Shown in pieces: positions 9,870 to 15,660 of a stretch of DNA of 15,660 nt. Below the pieces are notes generated by a model. It did not search any database, had not been told where the DNA came from, and saw nothing but the letters and a program-made list of their open reading frames with translations. Positions within the stretch are counted from its first letter, which is position 1; each line of letters starts with the position of its first letter. Source of the DNA: Octopus sinensis (taxonomy: Eukaryota); the NCBI RefSeq assembly GCF_006345805.1, contig NW_021825501.1, positions 1 through 15,660 on the forward strand, read 5' to 3'. Made by a program: the position numbers and the translations under genes.

Positions 9870-10948
9870 TGTTTCTTTATTAGCCACACAGGGCTGCACA
9901 CAGATAGAACAAATTACAAGGTAGAGCTTTTCTTTTGAAGGTTTAAAAAAAAAAAAAGGGAAGGGGAGTTTCGATCAAAAGGGATCGTAAAAGGAGAGAA
10001 AGAGGACAAAAAAAGGGGGGTTAAAAAAAAAGGGGGGAGGAAAAAAAAAAAAAGTTGATCAATAGGGATCGTTATCACAGAAATGTCAATATGAAGTGTA
10101 AAGGGGAGGACAGGTGAGGTTTAACCCGTGGAAAGAAAAGCCTACGGAAAAGACCACGGTAACCTCGGTCAATGGAGTCACATGTTATATTTCTTTTTTT
10201 TTTTTTGCGAATAAGCAACTCTCTGTTTTCAATTTCTGGGTTCATAGGATCATGCTCAAGTGGCTTCGTCATGCATACGTGCCATTCTTGCTACATTCAC
10301 CCATCTTTTTTTAAAACATTCGCTAGACAAAACTTGCCTCTACTCTCACTTTCCTTTCAAGTGGTCTTGAAGAAGTTGATGAGAGATTGACCAGAGAGGA
10401 AAGTGTTTGTCTCCAATCCTTTCAGACGCGTCCACCAGATACATTCTTTCGCCATAGCCACAAGGTTGATGAAAATAGCTCTTCCTTCCCGTTTGAAGGA
10501 GGGAGGCGTGACAATATTAACGATAGACTCAGATGATAAACCGACTCGTCCCACACGTGACAGCAGTTGTTCGACAACAACCCACAGGTCGGAAATTGTT
10601 GGACACTGCACGAGTGCGTGCAGACGTTTCGTCGCTCTGACCGCATTCTCGCAGGTCGGCCCCGTGTTCTCTCGAGCCGTGTCTGTAGAGCTTATCCCGA
10701 ACGGGTAGCGCTTCTCGGTAGCACTGCCAGGCCAGGATCTCTGGAAGTTGTCCATGGGTCCTGGCCCGAAAGTCGTCCTGAACAGGCGGGTCAGGTACTC
10801 CTCGTCGACGTCCAGGTTCGCCCCGAGCTCGTCGTCGTACCTCCCCTCCACTAAACCCCTATAGAATGCTTTGGTTGTGTTGAAGTCACTCAAGGTCGAC
10901 CCAGGACGGCAGAGTTGCTTGAGAGCAACGCGACACTCGCGGTGCCAT
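9870..10948 (-). mobile_element. 5'-truncated Tx1/L1-clade non-LTR retrotransposon
   Basis: ORF2 C-terminal remnant, then a pyrimidine-rich 3' UTR, AATAAA (9876-9881, minus) and directly (ATCT)n. The 5' truncation point also abuts (ATCT)n. Confidence 0.85.
10242..10947 (-). pseudogene. LINE ORF2 C-terminus with zf-RVT-like CCHC zinc finger, frameshifted
   Basis: Frame-joined translation: [12 protein letters not shown]...FGPGPMDNFQRS/LAWQCYREALPVRDKLYRHGS....ECGQSDET/LHALVQCP..SDLWVVVEQLL...AKECIWWTRLK...FFK/HLK..RQVLSSECFKKRWVNV...MIL*. This is the W..LP..L.R.G..C..C..ET..H..C pattern of L1/Tx1 ORF2. Confidence 0.85.
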
Positions 10949-11031
<83 letters not shown>

Positions 11032-11052
11032 GTAGGTAGGTAGGTAGGTAGG

Positions 11053-11099
<47 letters not shown>

Positions 11100-11135
11100 G
11101 TAGGTAGGTAGGTAGGTAGGTAGGTAGGTAATAAT

Positions 11136-11195
<60 letters not shown>
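10949..11195. repeat. (GATA)n/(GGTA)n compound microsatellite at the 5' flank of the LINE
   Basis: Direct reading. Confidence 0.95.
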
Positions 11196-11197
<2 letters not shown>

Positions 11198-11382
11198 GGA
11201 GGCGAAGCTTTGTAGTTAAGAATCTCATTTTGCAACCACGTGATATCAGCTTCACTCCCACAGTACGACACCTTGTGCTGGTACCTCCTATTATAATTCT
11301 GGGTGGATGACTGGCGTGTGAGTGAATCTAATACATGGAATTTTTTTGAAAGCCCATCGTGCGTATGTATGTGTGTGTGTGT
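11198..11382 (+). mobile_element. Diverged SINE 5' half
   Basis: Starts GGAGGCG like the other SINE heads. Contains CAACCACGTG...CACCTTG (CORE-like), GTGTGAGTGAAT, and AAAGCCCATCGT followed by (TG)n, colinear with 7285-7410 (-) and the 1590-1603 anchor. Confidence 0.6.
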
Positions 11383-11450
11383 ATTTCCAAAAGTTAATTT
11401 TTTTTTCAACAGCTATATAAACACGCAAACCTTCAGCTTGTAACTAGTTT

Positions 11451-11876
11451 GTTAAGTGCCAACGTACGAAGCTCTCAGAACTTGTGTCACTATGTTGCTC
11501 CTGCTAAATACTAGGGACAACGTTTCACATTGAAAAACAGTTTCACATGTGATTCGGAGAACCTGATATATGCACTAACCTGCTCTGGGTGCCAAGTGCA
11601 ACACATAGGCCAAACAAAAAACAGTCTACGTAAAAGGATGGCTCTGCACAGATCCCAGATAAAAATTCCCAAAATAGAAAAATCGCATTCAGCCAGCACA
11701 TCGACATTTGCGCCAACAACAAAAATTCAAGCTTCAGAATTTCTCTCCTCTACCAATTCAGAGACGGTACAACCTGCAGCCAAGGAATTAGTAAAGTGAC
11801 TCTCTTTAGTACAAAATACAGACCCCTTTTCAATGCATCTACAACAAACGACATATCCACCACGGCCTTAGAATAA
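11451..11876 (+). pseudogene. Penelope-like element GIY-YIG endonuclease domain remnant (Neptune-type)
   Basis: GQRFTLKNSFTCDSENLIYALTCSGCQVQHIGQTKNSLRKRMALHRSQI, then after a frameshift RKIAFSQHIDICANN...KYRPLFN...*. Contains the IY..C..C..(Y/H)IGQT..L..R..H motif and a disrupted upstream Cys-rich segment (KCQRTK..LC). Confidence 0.88.
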
Positions 11877-12270
11877 AGCACACGCAAATATTAAAAATGA
11901 TACATTCAAGAGATACCCAAGAATTCATTAAAAAACAGTTCCAGTCACTGCTATAATCCACAGCGAGTCACTTTTAGGTCACTTGACCATTTAACATCCT
12001 ACTACTATTATACCATCCTGCATTCCCTTATTATTCTCTCTTCTTCTCTTTCTCCTTCTTCTTCTTCGCTATCTACCTCTCCACCACCTCCTTCCTTACT
12101 TTACTACTACTGCTGTTTAGAATAACACCTACGCAAATATTATAAACAATACATTTAAAAGAGATATCTCAAGAATTCAATCACTACTACCATTTACAAG
12201 TCACTTTCAGGGCGCTTGACTATTTAACATTCTATTACTATCATACCACTCTCACATTCTTCTTCTTCTT
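11868..12270 (+). repeat. Degenerate tandem duplication, period ~249 bp, in the putative PLE 3' UTR
   Basis: TTAGAATAA..C.CGCAAATATTA...AAGAGATA..CAAGAATTCA...GTCACTTT.AGG.C.CTTGAC.ATTTAACAT.CTA.TACTAT.ATACCA occurs at 11868 and 12117, each copy followed by a CTT-rich tract. Confidence 0.8.
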
Positions 12271-12388
12271 CTTCTTCTCTTCTTCTTCTTCTTCTTCTTC
12301 TCCTTCTTCTTCTTCTTCTTCTTCTCTTCTTCTCTTCTTCGTCTTCTTTCTTCCTTCTTCTTCTTCTTCTTCTTCTTCTTCTTCTTCT
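12257..12388. repeat. (CTT)n microsatellite
   Basis: Direct reading. Confidence 0.95.
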
Positions 12389-12399
12389 GCTAAGAATTC

Positions 12400-12632
12400 A
12401 CAACGACCTCGAACCCACAAGAGTAAGCAAGAGAGGCAGAGACAGGCAGAAACAAAGAAAATACCACTTGTATTTGAATACTATACAAATATTCTTTTAA
12501 AAATCTTTTCATTTACTTTTTCCCAAATTTAATTGTTTTCCATACTTACAGTTGAAAACGTCTCAATGACCGAAACCGGTACTGAAATTTTTTTATAAAA
12601 TGATTTTAGCATTTTCTACCTTGACTTTTTCC
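12400..12632 (+). mobile_element. PLE terminal-repeat (pLTR)-like unit, copy 1
   Basis: Direct repeat of 13453-13678 (roughly 75-80% by eye). Lies downstream of the GIY-YIG remnant, contains an HHR fold and ends at (TA)n. Confidence 0.75.
12546..12587 (+). ncRNA. Minimal type I hammerhead ribozyme-like motif (U3-A8 variant; stem II base pair mutated)
   Basis: TTACAG-TTGAAAA-CGTC tcaat GACC-GAAA-C CG G-T-A-CTGAAA. Same fold as copy 2 but with a C.C mismatch at 10.1-11.1. Confidence 0.65.
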
Positions 12633-12765
12633 ATATATATATATATATATACATATATATATACATATATATATATATATATGTGTATTCTATAAAATAT
12701 ATATATATAATATATATTATATATATATATAGATTATTATATATATATATAGTATATATATATGT
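12633..12765. repeat. Degenerate (TA)n
   Basis: Direct reading. Confidence 0.9.
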
Positions 12766-12769
12766 ATGT

Positions 12770-13334
12770 TTTCTCAGGGAAATCTTGTGTAACTGAAACC
12801 CGAGTGTCTTTTTGGGTTAGCTGAAAGTATTTTGGGCGCAACTTGGCAGACCCGCATCTCATACGTACGTCTTCAGTGATAATGGATTGAACCATATCTG
12901 ATCTGCATATACTCTGATAACTCACGAATGGTGATTCGACGATTTTCCCTCACAGCTGCACGCACATCCGCGATATTTTTCGCAGAACGTTCGTCAATAT
13001 CGACATTTTTTCAACAATCTTGGAAATGTCTTAACCACTCGTATAATCTTGTGCGGCTCATACACTCTTCTCCATACATTTTCTACAAGTTTGCGTCGGC
13101 CTCTGGGCAGGTATCACCATGACAACTTTTTTTGTCATGGTCAATGCGACGATCCCACGCTACACACCTTCATTCCAAGCACTCTTGTAAACAATGCACG
13201 TGAGCTAGAACGCTCAAACTTAGTGCGCATGCACAGCAGAGGTCAAAGTCAATCTGTGCCCAGTAGCTTTACTCCGTGTGCTTTAGCTTCGTTATTATGG
13301 CAACAGTCCTGATATATATTGATCAGACCTTGTA
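12770..13334 (-). mobile_element. Mariner transposon 5' fragment (one TIR plus decayed HTH region)
   Basis: Minus strand starts TA|CAAGGTCTGATCAATATATATCAGGACTG. It translates to KMYGEECMSRTRLYEWLRHFQD..NVDIDERS..NIADVRAAVRENRRITIRELSE../VQSIITEDVRMR..SAK..PK, with stops and frameshifts. Confidence 0.88.
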
Positions 13335-13338
13335 TACA

Positions 13339-13377
<39 letters not shown>

Positions 13378-13391
13378 ACAACATACACATC

Positions 13392-13442
<51 letters not shown>

Positions 13443-13452
13443 TAATATATAT
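13335..13452. repeat. (CA)n followed by (TA)n
   Basis: Direct reading. Confidence 0.9.
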
Positions 13453-13674
13453 ACAACGGCCTCGAGCACACAAGTGCAAACAAGGGAGACAGAGAAAGGC
13501 AGAATGCCACTTATATTTGAACACTATACAAATATTCCTTTAAAAAACTTGTCTTTTAATTTTTCTAAATTTAATTATTTAATCGTTACAGTTGAAAAGG
13601 TCTCAAAATGACCGAAACCGGTACTGAAATGTTCTTTATAAAATTATTTTAGCATTTTCTATTTTGACTTGTTT

Positions 13675-13678
<4 letters not shown>
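13453..13678 (+). mobile_element. PLE terminal-repeat-like unit, copy 2 (solo, flanked by (TA)n on both sides)
   Basis: ACAACGGCCTCGAG...CCACTTATATTTGAACACTATACAAATATTC...TTTTAGCATTTTCTA..TTGACTT, homologous to 12400-12632. Confidence 0.75.
13586..13629 (+). ncRNA. Minimal type I hammerhead ribozyme (U3-A8 variant), intact fold
   Basis: TTACAG-TTGAAAA-GGTC tcaaaat GACC-GAAA-C CG G-T-A-CTGAAA. Stem I is TTACAG/CTGAAA (one A.A mismatch), stem II is a perfect 4 bp, stem III is the palindrome ACCGGT. Predicted cleavage is after GUA at 13623. Confidence 0.75.
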
Positions 13679-13712
<34 letters not shown>

Positions 13713-13904
13713 TCATTAGAATGCGTTAGAATCTAGGTGTTTCAGCGTATAGGACGCTAGGAAAGGCTGATGTACTGGGTTTTCAATATAAAGTTGTCGT
13801 TTTTTCAACTTTGCTCCTATGTAACTTACAAGTGGCTTTTCTAGATACTATGTAGCTTGGTGGACAAGTCAACTTATGTTCCTGCATTACCTGTTTAGTT
13901 GTTT

Positions 13905-13989
13905 AAATCACCTGAAAATGGCGGACTTTTGCCATGATGCAATCTAAAAATGCTCCAGTAAAACGCACCCGAAACAGCTGTTGTGAATT
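13905..13989 (+). ncRNA. Degenerate hammerhead-like motif from a different repeat family
   Basis: AAATCAC-CTGAAAA-TGGCG...CACCC-GAAA-C AGCT G-T-T-GTGAATT. Stem I is 6/7 bp and the palindrome is AACAGCTGTT, but the core has A8 opposite C3 and stem II pairs poorly. Confidence 0.35.
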
Positions 13990-13999
13990 TTGGACTCCA

Positions 14000-14895
14000 C
14001 TTAGATAAGTTTCAGCCGGAATTGGTCCAGTCCACGTCTAATCTAATAGCACTACCAGGAAAAGACATTGGATGATGTTTCATATTACAGACCTTCTTTT
14101 AGTACCATAGCCTATTCGAGTAAAGAGTTACTGTTTGCAGAAATATATCCGGGTGTAGGGGATTTATCTAGAATGTGTGGGTGATATTCGTCAGGTACCC
14201 GTGTGAATGCTATGAGATCTTTTTCGTCCCTTATGTGTCTTGGCATGATGTCAAAGAGAGCGGAGCCAATTGAAATGAAATAGTTCTGTTTTAGTGATGT
14301 GTTGTGGAGGCGCGTGGCTTAGTGGTTAGGGTGTCAGCATCATGATCGTAAGATTGTGGTTTCGATTCCTGGACCGAGCAACGCGTTGTGTCCTTGAGCA
14401 AAACACTTCATTTCACGTTGCCCAAGTCCACTCAGCTGGCAAAAATGAGTAACGCTGCGATGGACTGGCGTACCGTCCAGCTGGGTAACACATACGCCAC
14501 AGAAACCGGGAAACCGGGCCCATGAGCCGGGCTAGGCTTGAAAAGGACGCATTTATTTATTTTAGTGTTGTGATGTAACGCGAACATGATTTTTGTAGAA
14601 GGTAGATGGCCCGGAGGCTAAAGACTTGGGTGAATTTTAAAGTTAATATCAATATCATTTGGGCGATGTTATTGGAATATGTAACACATCATACAAATGA
14701 TAAAACGCCCACAGCGACGTTGGGGGGAATAAACTTTGAGTTTTCCGAGGCGATCCAAATAATCAAGATCTATAAATTCGTCAGTTTTCCTTGTGATCGA
14801 TCTGTGGGGTGCTTCGATTCTCATACTTCGTTTCATGTGTGGAGATCACAGTATTCAAGGCGATGATGGGCATAGGTGCAGAAGAGACGGATAAT
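14000..14895 (-). mobile_element. CR1-group (CR1/L2/Crack-like) LINE 3' fragment, decayed, interrupted by a SINE
   Basis: Minus strand frames: RLEYC.., RIEAPHRSITRKTDEFIDLDYLDRLGKLKVYSPQRRCGRFIIC, HRPNDIDINFKIHP, and across the SINE ITTLKQNYFISIGSALFDIMPRHIRDEKDLIAF...PTPGYISANSNSLLE*A. This matches the post-RT C-terminal pattern (LEYC, IE..QR..TR, Y..RL..L.L.SL..RR) of CR1-group ORF2. Confidence 0.85.
14306..14559 (+). mobile_element. Full-length tRNA-derived SINE with 17-bp target site duplication
   Basis: A box TGGCTTAGTGG, B box GTTTCGATTCC, CORE-like TTGTGTCCTTGAGCAAAACACTT and an (ATTT)n tail. TSD is TTTTAGTGATGTGTTGT (14289-14305) versus TTTTAGTGTTGTGATGT (14560-14576), 15/17 identical. 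Confidence 0.92.
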
Positions 14896-15417
14896 GGAAG
14901 AAAATTTATGAATATTTATACACACACACATCGAAAGATATGAAATAAATCATTTTAACGATTTAAAGCTATCCGTTACGATTACGAATTCTCTTAAACT
15001 TATGCCTGTAAAGAGTAAATTTTAGCAGAATATCAAAGCAGCCAAGTAAAGTAATTTATAGATAAATGTCGTGTGGAGTTAAAGAGAAAGAGGGGATGAG
15101 AGAGAGTGAGATGGCATACTGTGTTGTGTTACTCCAATTACTTAGCTATTTATCCACTCCATGTCAAATTAATATGAATAACAAATCAACGAATTTGAAT
15201 TATAATGAGCATATAACAGCTGCAATATCCGGGATCTCCAGTCAGTTTTATTATGCATGTCATTATCGCCTATTGGAATTTTGCTTCACAGAATGAAAAA
15301 TCCTAATTTATAAAAATAAATGAGATTATTAGTTAATCAAATAGCACCAATAAAGTAACTTTGAAAGTTCCGAAAGTTATTTGGCTAATCAAGGGAAATA
15401 AGAATACTAAATTATAT

Positions 15418-15453
<36 letters not shown>

Positions 15454-15513
15454 TCATTAACATCATCATCATCATCATCATTATTATTATTATTATTATT
15501 GTTATTATTATTA

Positions 15514-15546
<33 letters not shown>

Positions 15547-15562
15547 CATTATTATTATTATT
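15418..15562. repeat. Compound trinucleotide microsatellite (GTA)n-(TCA)n-(TTA)n
   Basis: Direct reading. Confidence 0.95.
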
Positions 15563-15660
15563 CAGTAGTTTTATTTTCATAGCGTGCTTTCACTTCACTA
15601 CCGAGCGCAGCTCTGTGTGCCTTGGGTATGTGCTGTGATCTGTTGTGATGCTCTGATGGT
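15563..15660 (-). mobile_element. Probable 3' end of a non-LTR retroelement with a (TAA)n tail, running off the window
   Basis: Minus strand: ...GAGCTGCGCTCGGTAGTGAAGTGAAAGCACGCTATGAAAATAAAACTACTG-(AAT)n. AATAAA (15570-15575) lies ~10 nt before a (TAA)n tail. No coding sequence is visible in the window. Confidence 0.45.

Noticed and set aside
10403-10854. Plus-strand ORFs 10403-10708 and 10567-10854
   Set aside because: Antisense shadows of the GC-richer LINE ORF2 remnant.
13730-13800. TTGAAAA...GCTGAAAC on the minus strand
   Set aside because: No stem III, GUH site or enclosing stem I.
14306-14380. tRNA gene (also 4160-4236)
   Set aside because: A and B boxes are present but there is no complete cloverleaf, and the sequence continues into a SINE body with tail and TSD.
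15361-15582. 73-aa ORF with poly-V/S/L/Y runs
   Set aside because: Translation of the compound trinucleotide repeat.

Overview
AT-rich eukaryotic (animal) non-coding DNA packed with microsatellites and decayed transposable elements. The tRNA-head/CORE-like SINEs with internal (TA/TG)n tracts match, from memory and without a database check, those of cephalopods (Octopus), so the host is inferred. No host gene exon, rRNA, true tRNA or CRISPR array can be supported, and nearly all long ORFs in the track are translated microsatellites. Recognisable elements: two mariner remnants (1850-2311, 12770-13334), a Tx1/L1-type LINE 3' end embedded in a (GATA)n array (9870-10948), a Penelope-like element (PLE) remnant with a GIY-YIG endonuclease (11451-11876), a CR1-group LINE interrupted by a SINE (14000-14895), several SINEs and two long inverted repeats. 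The most interesting signal is a set of minimal type I hammerhead ribozyme (HHR)-like folds with palindromic stem III: 12546-12587 and 13586-13629 (+), 6626-6684 (-), and degenerate ones at 13905-13989 and 4640-4670. Three carry a U3-A8 core instead of the usual C3-G8. They lie in short PLE-type terminal repeats that end at (TA)n tracts. All alignments and translations were done by eye, so boundaries are approximate except where exact motifs are quoted.
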